A DNA stretch of 64,000 bases from an uncultured Verrucomicrobiae bacterium (GTDB lineage Bacteria > Verrucomicrobiota > Verrucomicrobiia > Chthoniobacterales > UBA10450): positions 832,001 to 896,000 of the forward strand of contig CAVWPA010000003.1 in the NCBI GenBank assembly GCA_963756875.1. The letters run 5' to 3'. Each line of letters opens with the position of its first letter. The first letter of the stretch is position 1. The notes under the pieces are model-generated. The model made no database searches. It was not told the DNA's origin and was given only the letters and a program-made list of their open reading frames with translations. Both the position numbers and the translations under genes were made by a program. Of this stretch, positions 41,085 through 50,659 are shown in pieces.

Positions 41085-41168
41085 AAACGTCCAACGCCCA
41101 ACGCCCAACGTCCAATGTCGAATTCGGAGTTGAGCGTTGGACGTTGAGCGTTCAGCGTTGGACGTTTT
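41085..41168. repeat. Inverted AACGYCC / GTTGRRC heptamer arrays; a same-sense partial array lies at 40059-40098
   Basis: AACGTCC AACGCCC AACGCCC AACGTCC AATGTCG ... GTTGAGC GTTGGAC GTTGAGC GTTCAGC GTTGGAC. Confidence 0.85.
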
Positions 41169-41174
41169 CCGAGA

Positions 41175-42122
41175 ATGAATTCTTACACGCATCTGCTTTC
41201 GCCGGAGCAGGCCGACAAGCTTCGCGCCTTGCTCGAAGAACTTGGCTTCGAGTTTTCGCCGAAGCAGTACACGCTTTTCTTCGCGCGGAAAAACAAACTG
41301 AGTGTCGCTGTCTACGAAAAAGGGCCGAAAGTGCTGGTGCAAGGAAAGGGTGTCGAGGAGTTCATCCAATTCGAGCTCGAGCCGAAGATTCTGGGAGAAG
41401 CAAAGCTCGGTTATGAAGAAGTGCATTCGCCGGAAATGTTCGAACCGCATTTAGGGATCGATGAAAGCGGGAAGGGCGATTTTTTTGGACCGCTTGTGAT
41501 CGCCGGCGTGTATGTCGATGCCGGAATCGCGCGCAAATTGCTCGACGCCGGCGTGCAGGACAGCAAACGAATCGGCTCGGATGCTCGCATCCGGTCGCTC
41601 GCGGAAACCATTCGAAAAACCGGCGGCGGGCTGGCTGACACGGTCCTGATTGGGCCCGCCCGTTACAACGAGCTTTACGAAAAGTTCGGCAATCTGAACA
41701 AGCTTCTCGGCTGGGGGCATGCCCGCGTCATCGAGAATCTCCTCGCAAAAAAGCCGAATTGCCCGCGTGCGTTGTCGGATCAATTCGCGGACGCGCGCGT
41801 GATCGAGCAGTCGCTCCTGCGACATGGCCGCAAGATCGACGTTCAGCAGCGCACCAAGGCAGAGTCGGACATTGCGGTGGCCGCGGCGTCGATTCTCGCG
41901 CGGGAGGCGTTTATCGGCTGGCTGGATCGCCAGGGAAAGGCGCTGGGAATCCGCCTGGATCGGGGAGTATCCTCAGCGGTGAAAGCCACGGCTGAGAAAC
42001 TGATTGCCGACAAAGGGCCGGAAATTCTCCGGGAAGTGGCCAAAGTGCACTTCCGGACTGCGCACGCGATTGCGCCGGAACATTTTGCGGCACCGCCTGA
42101 GCGACGGGAGTGGCGAAAATAG
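41175..42122 (+). CDS. rnhC: Ribonuclease HIII
   Basis: N-terminal TBP-like domain (VYEKGPKVLVQGK), GIDESGKGDFFGPL, DSK, AVAAASILAR, AKVHF. Confidence 0.93.
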   Translation: MNSYTHLLSPEQADKLRALLEELGFEFSPKQYTLFFARKNKLSVAVYEKGPKVLVQGKGVEEFIQFELEPKILGEAKLGYEEVHSPEMFEPHLGIDESGKGDFFGPLVIAGVYVDAGIARKLLDAGVQDSKRIGSDARIRSLAETIRKTGGGLADTVLIGPARYNELYEKFGNLNKLLGWGHARVIENLLAKKPNCPRALSDQFADARVIEQSLLRHGRKIDVQQRTKAESDIAVAAASILAREAFIGWLDRQGKALGIRLDRGVSSAVKATAEKLIADKGPEILREVAKVHFRTAHAIAPEHFAAPPERREWRK

Positions 42123-42185
42123 GGTAAGCCGGAGGGGAAACGGGCAAGCTTCTTGCTCTAATAGTTTTTACGAAATTTAGAGCTT

Positions 42186-42914
42186 GTGGAAACCAGGGTG
42201 CTCATCCTTAACGCGGATCCAGTCTTCCAGGACAGGGCGTTGGCTATTTTGGACGGACTCCAGAATTTGGAGATGCGGATCGCGCGCACGCTGTCCGAGT
42301 CGATCCTTGCGCTGCTGACTGAGAATTTCGATGCATTTCTAATTGAAGGAGAGCCGGATGCGGCAATTGACCAGGCGACGAATGTTCGACAGCACTTCCC
42401 ATCATTGAGGATTGCATGTTTGCTGGACGGCCAGCCCGGAGCGGAGCCCTTTTCGACGGCGGAGCAGCAGAAAATCGACTTGATTTTGCAGCCCCGAAGC
42501 GAGCGAAGCCTGCGCCGGAAGCTTGAAAGTTTCGTTCGTTCGGTCGATGACCATCCCGCGTCTTCGGTGGAAGGCGTTGACCCGTGTCATTCGCTGGTGG
42601 GCAATCTGAATCAGTTTTCAGCAGCTGAGATCCTGCAAATGAGCTGTTTGAGCCAGCGCAGCGGCCGTTTCATATTTAAGTCGGGCCGCGGGAACAGTGA
42701 GATTTACCTCCAGCATGGGGCGGTACGGCATGCGATTTTCGGTTCTCTCGAAGGCGAACCCGCTGTGGCGGAGATTTTCCGCTGGCGACAAGGCCGCTTT
42801 TATTTCGAAGAAGGAGTGATCAGCCAGATCCAGACGGTGGACAGGCCGTGGGCGCATCTGCTGATCGATAACCTGCAAAAGCTCGATGAGACGCTGGAGC
42901 TAGCGAGCGTTTAG
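42186..42914 (+). CDS. Pseudo-receiver plus DUF4388 (PatA-N-like) domain protein
   Basis: GNLNQFSAAEILQM, SGR, IYLQHGAVRHA, IFRWRQGRFYF; degenerate REC N-terminus. Confidence 0.75.
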   Translation: METRVLILNADPVFQDRALAILDGLQNLEMRIARTLSESILALLTENFDAFLIEGEPDAAIDQATNVRQHFPSLRIACLLDGQPGAEPFSTAEQQKIDLILQPRSERSLRRKLESFVRSVDDHPASSVEGVDPCHSLVGNLNQFSAAEILQMSCLSQRSGRFIFKSGRGNSEIYLQHGAVRHAIFGSLEGEPAVAEIFRWRQGRFYFEEGVISQIQTVDRPWAHLLIDNLQKLDETLELASV

Positions 42915-42926
42915 CCGCCGATCGCC

Positions 42927-43361
42927 ATGAGAAGCAAAGAATTGGAAACAAAACTTCGTCTAATCACTCTCCAGTTAGAGAGTTGGAAAAGATTGCACGA
43001 TCTGATCACGTACGGCCTGGACAAGGCGAAACCGATCATTTCGACCGAACAGGAGCGCCAGTTCACGGAGATCCGGGCCAATCTGTTGCAGGAGACCCAG
43101 CACGTTTTTCGGGAACTGGGCATTCTTGAGGAATTGTCCGGCAAAGCGATGAATGTATTACAGCGATGTGTATCGGTCCGCGGCGTGCGCGATCTCACCG
43201 GTGAGGATGTTCGCCGGCTTGAGACGGAGTGGAACGCAGTATTTACGAAATTGGGCGTTGTGCAGGGGCAGTTGAAGTCGCGACGGAAGCAGCTGGCCGG
43301 CCAGACGGCGGCTGCTTACTATCTGAGCCGGCTCCTTAAAAGACCGGCCGTGGCCTGCTAA
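42927..43361 (+). CDS. Hypothetical helical protein
   Basis: Operon-like spacing, amphipathic helical sequence, no recognised motif. Confidence 0.7.
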   Translation: MRSKELETKLRLITLQLESWKRLHDLITYGLDKAKPIISTEQERQFTEIRANLLQETQHVFRELGILEELSGKAMNVLQRCVSVRGVRDLTGEDVRRLETEWNAVFTKLGVVQGQLKSRRKQLAGQTAAAYYLSRLLKRPAVAC

Positions 43362-43479
43362 TTTACGGAGGCGAGCCACGGTTCGCGCTGGTGGCGAGCA
43401 GCTTGGGCTGCAAAATTTCTCTTTCTTTGTCTAAATTTGCCACCACGTTTGTCATGGCGCACGATTCCTTCTTAGAAAT

Positions 43480-43815
43480 ATGGCAAAGCTTACCAAACGC
43501 GACATTGTCGTCTCGATCAGCAACCAAACCGGGATGGTCCAGCACCAGGTCTTCGACGTCGTTCAGCGCACGCTCGATAAGATCACAGATAGTCTGGCTA
43601 ACAACGTGGCAGTGGAGCTCCGAAATTTCGGCGTTTTTCAGCCGCGCCTGACCAAGCCGCGCGTTGGACGCAACCCGAACCAGCCGGGCAGCAGTTTCGT
43701 GATTCCGCCGCGAGCAACGGTGAAGTTCAAGGCCGGAAAAGTCATGCGCCAGCGTGTTGAAAAGCTTTCTCGGGAGCTAAAGGAAGTAGCGGAGCGGACG
43801 GCCGGCAGCCGATAA
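43480..43815 (+). CDS. HU/IHF family DNA-binding protein
   Basis: LTKRDIV, VELRNFGVF, RVGRNP, VKFKAGK. Confidence 0.93.
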   Translation: MAKLTKRDIVVSISNQTGMVQHQVFDVVQRTLDKITDSLANNVAVELRNFGVFQPRLTKPRVGRNPNQPGSSFVIPPRATVKFKAGKVMRQRVEKLSRELKEVAERTAGSR

Positions 43816-43877
43816 CTTATAACCAGGACGGGCGCTGAGAGACTAAAGTCGTCTCGTCCCGACGCGCCGCCTGCCGG

Positions 43878-46364
43878 TCAGGGAATTGTTTCGGTTCCCA
43901 GTAAATTGCGGATCGCTTCGTCCAACCGCTCGAAGTTGATCGGCTTGGTCAGGTGATCGGAGAAGCCGGCCGCGCGCGCCTTGGTCACGTCGTTCTCCAT
44001 GCCGAAGCCGGTTAACGCGATTCCGCGCAATCCCTTGCTTTCACTTAACTCGCGCATGAGTTCGTAACCGCTCCGATCAGGCAAACCGATGTCGCTGATC
44101 AACAGATCGAAATCCTGTTGCTGCGCTTTTTCCACGGCCTGATCGGCCGAGTGTGCAATCGTGATCCGGTAACCGCGCCGCTCCAGCATCATTTTCATTC
44201 CCGTGCATGTGTCGGCGTGATCATCCACAACCAGGACACGGCGGGGCGGCCGCACGTCATCTTTTCCTTTCGGTTCAGCCGGGCCTTTCCGGTCGCCCCT
44301 GGAGACGGGGGCGGCGACCGTCTTGAGTTTGACCACGAAGGTAGTGCCCAAGTCTTTTCCTAGACTCTCCGCGCTGATTTTGCCCCGATGCGCTTCCACC
44401 ATCGCCTTGGAGATGGCGAGTCCGAGTCCCAGGCCGCCAAACCGTCGTGTGATGGAGCTTTGGCCCTGCTCGAAAGCGTGGAAAACCTTGCCAATCTTTT
44501 CCTGGTCGATCCCTATCCCGGTGTCGGAAATTCTGATCTCGATTTCTCCCGGTGTGGGATTTTGCGTTGCAATCGTGATTCGTCCCCTGGCTGGCGTGAA
44601 TTTCACGCTGTTCTTAATCAGGTTCCAAAAGACCTGTTGCAGACGGGCCGGGTCGCCTTCGATATGCGCCTCTTCCGCGTTGAGTCGAAATTGCACTTCC
44701 AGATCCTTGGCGGCAATTTCCTCTTCGCAGATTTCGTAGGCTCGCCGTAAAATTTCGTGTGCGCTGACAGTTTCGAAAGTGAGCTGCAACTTCCCCTTGG
44801 CGATTCGCGTGACGTCGAGCAAGTCGTCGATCAAGCGTGCTTCCAGTTCGACATTGCGCCGGATCACTTCGAGCGCCTGCTGGATCCTGGGCGAGTCAGG
44901 CGCATCGGCCTCAAGCTCGCCCACCATCGCAATGACCGGAGTCAGCGGATTGCGTAATTCGTGGGAAAGAAGCGCAAGAAATTGGTCCTTGGCGGCATTG
45001 GCATTGATGAGTTCCTGGCGCAAAGCCACGTCGCGCGTTTTGTCTTCTACGAGGTAAAGAACTCCTTGAATATTCTGCCGCGCCCCTTGCAATCGCAGCA
45101 GATGAACGTTCACAAAGTGCGTCATGCCTCCCTTGTCTTTGAACGGGTGTTCGATCAGCTGGAACGGCGTGCCGAAGGAAAGAACTTTCTCGATTGTATC
45201 GGCGGGCGCGATTTTCACTTCGTCATATGTTGCGTCCATGATGTCGCGACGAGTGGCGAAGTCTCCAAATCGCTGCGCCATGTGGGCAAATGCTTCATTC
45301 GCCTGAAGAAAGCGACGCGAGGTCGGGTGGACAAATGCGATGCCGATCGGCATGTTGGCCAGAATTTTCTCGTTAAAGATAACTTCACGCTCGATCCGGC
45401 GCGCCGCTTCGGTCTGGCGCCGGTAAAATTTACCACTTAGCCAGGCGAAGATGGCCGTGAGGGCCATCAGCCACATGGCGAGCACGGTGATTCGACTACG
45501 CCAATCGTACACCGATCTAAAGGCGATGGCTTTTGGCTGCTCAACCAGCGCCACCCATTTCGTCGTTTCGATTGGGCTGAATGAAATGAGATCCCCATGC
45601 TTCTCCAGATGACCGGCTTTGTTCGGCTGGATCTCCTTGATCAAACTTGCGCGGGCCCGTGGCGGTCCGACAGGTTTCGGCCTCAGGTCGTTACTGAAAA
45701 GGGCCTGCCCGGTTTGATCGAGAATCTGACAGATGAGTTGATCGGAAAACTGGACCATCGACAGGCGGCGCCCAATTCTTTCGACCAGGACGGATACCCC
45801 AAGATAGCCAACAATCGTCCGATCGGGCGTCCGCACGGCGCCGACAATATCGGTCACCATGCGTTTGTCAGAAAAGCGCGGATGCACAGGCGAGACGTAC
45901 GTTTCGCTCGACGCGCTGGCTTGTTGGCGCCAAAGACTTGCACCGAAATCCTTTCCGATCATCGTCGGGTTGGCTGGAACCGATGAGATCAATCGCCCGT
46001 CGGTTCCCGCCAGGAACATTCCGTCGATGCGAGGATGGGAATAAAATGTAGACCCGAGCCATTGCTGCCCCGCAAGCTCCGGATTCGGCCCGGTCAGGAT
46101 CTTCGCGACCTCGGGAGAGGTCTGATAGTATTCGATGATGCCGCTGGTCCGGCCCAGGTCGTCACCGACCAGGTGCCCGATCAGCTGTACAAAGGCCTGA
46201 CGATCGCGCAGAATTTTGGATTCCAGCGTGCTGCTGAGAATGGTATAGGAGAGCCATAACATCAGGATGGAGGGGACCCATCCGGCCAGCAGTATTGCAA
46301 AGACAATATTGAAGCGGTCGAACCGATTGTGCGCGGATTTCTCTACTAGGTTTGGCAGGGGCAT
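43878..46364 (-). CDS. Hybrid sensor histidine kinase (Cache-like sensor, PAS-like, HisKA, HATPase, REC)
   Basis: Two TMs; LSHELRNPL, NLIKNSVKFT, DTGIGI, GGLGLGL, VVDD/ISDIGLP/TKP. Confidence 0.93.
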   Translation of the reverse strand: MPLPNLVEKSAHNRFDRFNIVFAILLAGWVPSILMLWLSYTILSSTLESKILRDRQAFVQLIGHLVGDDLGRTSGIIEYYQTSPEVAKILTGPNPELAGQQWLGSTFYSHPRIDGMFLAGTDGRLISSVPANPTMIGKDFGASLWRQQASASSETYVSPVHPRFSDKRMVTDIVGAVRTPDRTIVGYLGVSVLVERIGRRLSMVQFSDQLICQILDQTGQALFSNDLRPKPVGPPRARASLIKEIQPNKAGHLEKHGDLISFSPIETTKWVALVEQPKAIAFRSVYDWRSRITVLAMWLMALTAIFAWLSGKFYRRQTEAARRIEREVIFNEKILANMPIGIAFVHPTSRRFLQANEAFAHMAQRFGDFATRRDIMDATYDEVKIAPADTIEKVLSFGTPFQLIEHPFKDKGGMTHFVNVHLLRLQGARQNIQGVLYLVEDKTRDVALRQELINANAAKDQFLALLSHELRNPLTPVIAMVGELEADAPDSPRIQQALEVIRRNVELEARLIDDLLDVTRIAKGKLQLTFETVSAHEILRRAYEICEEEIAAKDLEVQFRLNAEEAHIEGDPARLQQVFWNLIKNSVKFTPARGRITIATQNPTPGEIEIRISDTGIGIDQEKIGKVFHAFEQGQSSITRRFGGLGLGLAISKAMVEAHRGKISAESLGKDLGTTFVVKLKTVAAPVSRGDRKGPAEPKGKDDVRPPRRVLVVDDHADTCTGMKMMLERRGYRITIAHSADQAVEKAQQQDFDLLISDIGLPDRSGYELMRELSESKGLRGIALTGFGMENDVTKARAAGFSDHLTKPINFERLDEAIRNLLGTETIP

Positions 46365-46430
46365 TACCGCTCGATTTCCTGGGAAATAGATAGCATATCC
46401 TTGGCCGACCTGCCGCTATTGCCGACGCCC

Positions 46431-47312
46431 TCAATCGACTTGTCGAATGGCGTCCTCGGCCAGCTGGGCCTGCATCCGAATGGCCCGCACATCGGCAGGC
46501 GTTAATTCGCCGGAAGCTGCCGCCTTGGTGATGGTCGTGTGGATCACATTGACAGCTGCCCGAATTTTCTCAAACAGCGGAGCGTGAATCAGACCAGGCG
46601 GCAGCGTTGTCAGCTCATCGGTAAAATAATCCGCCAAATCCCGTTTCACCAAGAGCCGGGCACGTTGCGGAGAGTAATTTGCCTCGACGGCACCGGCGCT
46701 GATCTCCAGGCCCCGGAGCCAACCGCCCAGACTGATCAGATGCGCCATTTTTTCGTCACGGAGCTCAATCATTGCTTCTTCGACATCGGCCTGTGTTGCA
46801 GTCAATTCCTTCCGGACGCCCGACCAATCTCCGCGTTTGCCCAATTCCGTGAGGCTGGCGCTGTGGCGCATCACGCGATCGGCCACTCCCAGGCCGCGTG
46901 CTTCTCGTATGAGAACGCGGCCCAAGTCATCGACCATGTTCTTCTTTTCCGCCTCGACGATGAGAAACCCGTCGGCGACAAGGCCACCGAAGATCAGGCC
47001 CTTTTGTTCGCGACTGGCGGAAAGCGGGCCTGGAAAATCGCGCTTGAGTTGATCAAACGAAAGCGGCCTGAGCTCGTCGAGTGTTTGAAAGATGCGTGCA
47101 ATGGATGGCGCGGTGTAAGCGTTTACGCCTAGTTCCTCCCGTTCGTGACCTTCGGTTTCGGACGGTATTTCCTGTGCGGATGCGGTCCCCCATCCGGCGA
47201 CAAGTCCGGCGAGCAGGATCAATAATGAGCTTTTTCCCAGGCCCGGGAGAGTCGTGAAACCGTGCTTTGGTTTAGAACGTCGATCGCGATTTGAGGCGGT
47301 TTTCGCAGGCAT
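46431..47312 (-). CDS. Hypothetical exported alpha-helical protein
   Basis: Signal-like SLLILLAGLVAGWGTASA; helical body with LGGWLRGLEI; the longer ORF 5' part is a shadow of the GT2 gene. Confidence 0.7.
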   Translation of the reverse strand: MPAKTASNRDRRSKPKHGFTTLPGLGKSSLLILLAGLVAGWGTASAQEIPSETEGHEREELGVNAYTAPSIARIFQTLDELRPLSFDQLKRDFPGPLSASREQKGLIFGGLVADGFLIVEAEKKNMVDDLGRVLIREARGLGVADRVMRHSASLTELGKRGDWSGVRKELTATQADVEEAMIELRDEKMAHLISLGGWLRGLEISAGAVEANYSPQRARLLVKRDLADYFTDELTTLPPGLIHAPLFEKIRAAVNVIHTTITKAAASGELTPADVRAIRMQAQLAEDAIRQVD

Positions 47313-47399
47313 CCGTGCCAATTTTTGATTTGACGCCTGCGGAGGAAACGCCATCATGCGCCGATGCTGCCTTAACCATCGGCAGCTCCTAGAAGCCTT

Positions 47400-48908
47400 A
47401 TGCAAGGAAGCCTCGGCTATATCATTTGGACGGTTTGTTATCTCGCTGTGCTCATCGGTCTGTCCGCCTACGGGGTGCATCGTTATTTCATCATCTATCT
47501 CTTCCTCAAAAACAGGAAACGCAAGGCTGTGCCGTCCCGTCAGTTCGAGCAACTGCCCAAGGTGACGATGCAGCTCCCCATCTTCAATGAAATCTACGTG
47601 GTCGAGCGCCTGCTTCGGTCCGTCAGCGAGCTCGATTACCCAAGGGATCTGCTGCAAATTCAGGTACTCGATGATTCTACGGATGACACTCGCGAAGTGA
47701 CCGCCTCGTGCGCCGAGGAACTGCGCCGGCGCGGTTTCGATGTCCAGCTGATTCAGCGCGTGGACCGGACCGGATTCAAAGCGGGCGCTCTGGAGGCGGG
47801 GCTCGATGCCGCCGACGGCGACTTTGTCTGCATTCTCGATGCGGACTTCGTGCCGCCCCCCGATTTGCTGCAGCGGACCGTTCATTTCTTCACCGATCCC
47901 AAGGTGGGAATGATTCAGACCCGCTGGGGGCACTTGAACCGCAGCTATTCACTGCTGACGCGCGTTCAGGCCATGTTTCTTGATGGCCACCTGCTTTTGG
48001 AGCAAACGGCGCGCAGCCGGAGCGGACGGTTCTTTAACTTCAACGGGACTGCCGGTCTCTGGCGCCGTTCATGTATCGTCGAAGCCGGTGGCTGGCAGCA
48101 CGATACGCTGACCGAAGACCTTGATCTCAGCTACCGCGCACAACTCGCGGGATGGAAATTTATTTTCCTGCCCGACGTAGTGACTCCGGCTGAGTTGCCG
48201 GTGGATATGAATGGCTTCAAATCTCAGCAGCATCGCTGGACAAAAGGCTCGATTCAAACCTGCAAGAAGCTTCTGCCTCGAATCTGGCGGAGCCGGTTAC
48301 CGTTCCCGATCAAACTGGAAGCCACCGGCCACCTCATTTCAAACTTTGCCTACCTGCTGCTCGCGTGTTTGTGCGTGCTTTTGCACCCATCGGCCGGAGG
48401 ACCGCAATCCGGCTGGGTACGTACGCTCCTGATTGACGTTCCGATTTTTTTAACGGCGTCGGTCTCGGTTACGGTATTTTATATCTGCGCCCAACGCGAA
48501 CTTCACCCGCGTACATGGATGCGGGACATCCTGTTGCTTCCCTGCCTGCTCGCGCTTGGCATTGGCCTTTCGTTGAATAACGCGCGCGCCGTGCTCGAAG
48601 CGATCTTCAACCACCATTCCGATTTTACCCGGACACCGAAATACGGCATCGAACGGAAATCGCAGCCGTGGCGACGTTGCAAATATCGGCCGCACAAATC
48701 GATACTGCCTCTCGCTGAAATGGCGTTCGCGATTTATTTTAGTTACTTCGTCTGGTTCTCGCTGGTGCATCGGCAATTCCTCTCGGTACCGTTCCTGCTT
48801 TTGTTCCAGGTTGGCTTTCTCTATGTGGCGCTTTGCTCACTTGTCCCACCCTGGTGGCCAAAATTCAGTTTCGGCGGGTCACGGGCGCCTGCTGCAATTC
48901 CTGCGTGA
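47400..48908 (+). CDS. Processive GT2 glycosyltransferase (cellulose-synthase-like)
   Basis: QLPIFNE, QVLDDSTD, FKAGAL, DADF, TEDLD, QQHRW. Confidence 0.92.
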   Translation: MQGSLGYIIWTVCYLAVLIGLSAYGVHRYFIIYLFLKNRKRKAVPSRQFEQLPKVTMQLPIFNEIYVVERLLRSVSELDYPRDLLQIQVLDDSTDDTREVTASCAEELRRRGFDVQLIQRVDRTGFKAGALEAGLDAADGDFVCILDADFVPPPDLLQRTVHFFTDPKVGMIQTRWGHLNRSYSLLTRVQAMFLDGHLLLEQTARSRSGRFFNFNGTAGLWRRSCIVEAGGWQHDTLTEDLDLSYRAQLAGWKFIFLPDVVTPAELPVDMNGFKSQQHRWTKGSIQTCKKLLPRIWRSRLPFPIKLEATGHLISNFAYLLLACLCVLLHPSAGGPQSGWVRTLLIDVPIFLTASVSVTVFYICAQRELHPRTWMRDILLLPCLLALGIGLSLNNARAVLEAIFNHHSDFTRTPKYGIERKSQPWRRCKYRPHKSILPLAEMAFAIYFSYFVWFSLVHRQFLSVPFLLLFQVGFLYVALCSLVPPWWPKFSFGGSRAPAAIPA

Positions 48909-48939
48909 CAAAACGCGGAATTGGAGTAAATCAACGCGC

Positions 48940-49632
48940 ATGTTGCGCCCCCCCCTCGTGCTTGTCGCCCTGTTCGCGTCTGCTTCATTCGCCCATGGCG
49001 GTGCACTCCTGCCCGACCCTGGGAACCGTATCGTTGTCAGCGTCCGCGACCAAAAGCTGATGTTGGTAAGAAACGGTGCGAAGGTTGCCACGTACCCGGT
49101 TTCCACGTCCAGGTTCGGCCTCGGCGACGCGTGGGGCCGAATGACTACGCCTCTCGGGTTTCTTCAGGTGGTGCGGAAAATTGGCGATAACGCGCCCGCG
49201 GGAGCGGTGTTTCACAATCGCCGCTGGACCGGTGAAGTGTTGCGTCCGAATGCGCCAGGGCGCGATCCCATCGTCACGCGCATCATCTGGCTGCGTGGCC
49301 TGGAAGCGTCTAACGCGCACGCATTCAGCCGGTGCATTTATATTCACGGCACGCCGCAGGAGAAAAATATCGGTCGACCGGCGAGCTACGGCTGCATCCG
49401 AATGAAGTCGAAAGATGTCGCGTCGCTTTATAATCAAATACCCCTCGGTACCATCGTTCAAATTGTGCCCGGACGTTTGCCAAAGCCGGCGAAGGCCGCT
49501 GCCACTCCCGTGGGTTCAGTGCTGCGCGCCAGTTTCTCCGATGCCAGGGCGGCTTCGTCCGCCGGCGAGAAGAAATCGCACAGAACTGCGGCCCGAAAAA
49601 AATTAATCGCTTCCCGTCATCGCGACACCTGA
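48940..49632 (+). CDS. L,D-transpeptidase (YkuD family)
   Basis: Signal peptide; TPLG, IYIHGT...ASYGCIRM. Confidence 0.9.
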   Translation: MLRPPLVLVALFASASFAHGGALLPDPGNRIVVSVRDQKLMLVRNGAKVATYPVSTSRFGLGDAWGRMTTPLGFLQVVRKIGDNAPAGAVFHNRRWTGEVLRPNAPGRDPIVTRIIWLRGLEASNAHAFSRCIYIHGTPQEKNIGRPASYGCIRMKSKDVASLYNQIPLGTIVQIVPGRLPKPAKAAATPVGSVLRASFSDARAASSAGEKKSHRTAARKKLIASRHRDT

Positions 49633-49651
49633 TCTGGGCGCGATCCGAATC

Positions 49652-49680
49652 TTGACAATCCGGCTCTGTTCAACGAGCCT
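49652..49680 (+). promoter_or_regulatory. Possible sigma70 promoter of rpsT
   Basis: TTGACA-17 nt-GAGCCT (perfect -35, weak -10). Confidence 0.4.
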
Positions 49681-49706
49681 CCACGCCCGTTCATTTTTTC
49701 CGACTC

Positions 49707-49959
49707 ATGGCGAATACAAAATCCGCAGCAAAACGCGCCCGGCAATCTCTCAAGCGCTCGCTCCATAACCGGGGAGTGCGCACGAGGCTGCGTACAGTTA
49801 CAAAAGCGTTCGCGGGCCGCCGCCGGGGATCGAAAAGAGATTCAAGCGTTGATCTCGGCCATCGACAAAGCGGCAAAGCGCGGCATCATTCATCGAAATG
49901 CGGCCATTCGCCGCAAGGCCCGGCTCAATAAAATCATCGCCGCGGCCGGTCGAAAGTAG
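49707..49959 (+). CDS. rpsT: 30S ribosomal protein S20, apparent frameshift near 49790-49825
   Basis: MANTKSAAKRARQ start; ISAIDKAAKRGIIHRNAAIRRKARL continues in another frame to TAG 49959. Confidence 0.9.
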
Positions 49960-50064
49960 CTTCTCCCGTTTCATTTCGTAAAGTTGGGAAGGCCGGCGAT
50001 TGTGGGCTCGGAATTTGCCAAACTGGGCTTTGCATATCGCACAGGACGGATAGATTCTTGGCCG

Positions 50065-50652
50065 ATGATTCCTGCGCTTTTTCTCGTCGCCTCAGTGGTG
50101 ATCTATCGGATCGCCACGGGACTTCTCATTCATTCCGGAACAACCTGGTTGTCGAATTTTGCTCCGCTTGCCGCGATCGCGTTGTGCGGCGCCGCTTATT
50201 TTCCGTGGAAAATGAAATTCTCCGTTCCGCTGATCGCTCTTTTCGCCTCAGACGCGGTTCTTAATTATCATTACGGCGTCTCTCTGTTCGACCCTCACAT
50301 TCTTTCCCGCTATCTGGCTTTGGCGCTTGTTGGTTGCCTGGGACTTCTGCTGCAAAACCGCGCATCGCTCAAAACTCTGCTCCCGGCCTCGATCGCCGGG
50401 TCGATTGTTTTCTATTTTATCACAAATCTCTTTTCGTGGCTGAGTGATCCCGGATACTTGAAAAATCTCGCAGGCCTGATGCAGGCGTTGACGGTAGGCC
50501 TGCCTGGGTACAGCGCGACACCGACCTGGATGTTTTTCCGCAATTCGCTACTGAGCGATCTCTTCTTCACGCTGCTCTTTGTTGCAGCGATTCATTTTGG
50601 GCGAAACACCGGCCGGGTGCGCGCCGGAGCTGCATTGCCTGGCGTCGCGTAA
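50065..50652 (+). CDS. DUF6580-like putative transport membrane protein
   Basis: NFAPLAAIALCGAAYF, FYFITN, FFRNSLLSDLFF; about 6 TMs. Confidence 0.7.
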   Translation: MIPALFLVASVVIYRIATGLLIHSGTTWLSNFAPLAAIALCGAAYFPWKMKFSVPLIALFASDAVLNYHYGVSLFDPHILSRYLALALVGCLGLLLQNRASLKTLLPASIAGSIVFYFITNLFSWLSDPGYLKNLAGLMQALTVGLPGYSATPTWMFFRNSLLSDLFFTLLFVAAIHFGRNTGRVRAGAALPGVA

Positions 50653-50659
50653 ACGTCTG

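Noticed and set aside
40095..41450. Long N-terminal extensions of mutY, trpB, cysS, ispF, gmk and 46431-47933 in the ORF track
   Set aside because: They run through repeats or neighbouring genes; real starts are downstream.
49707..49959. rpsT as pseudogene or programmed frameshift
   Set aside because: Both halves are well conserved and the disturbed stretch is short with no slippery site. A sequencing or assembly indel is most likely; needs a read check.
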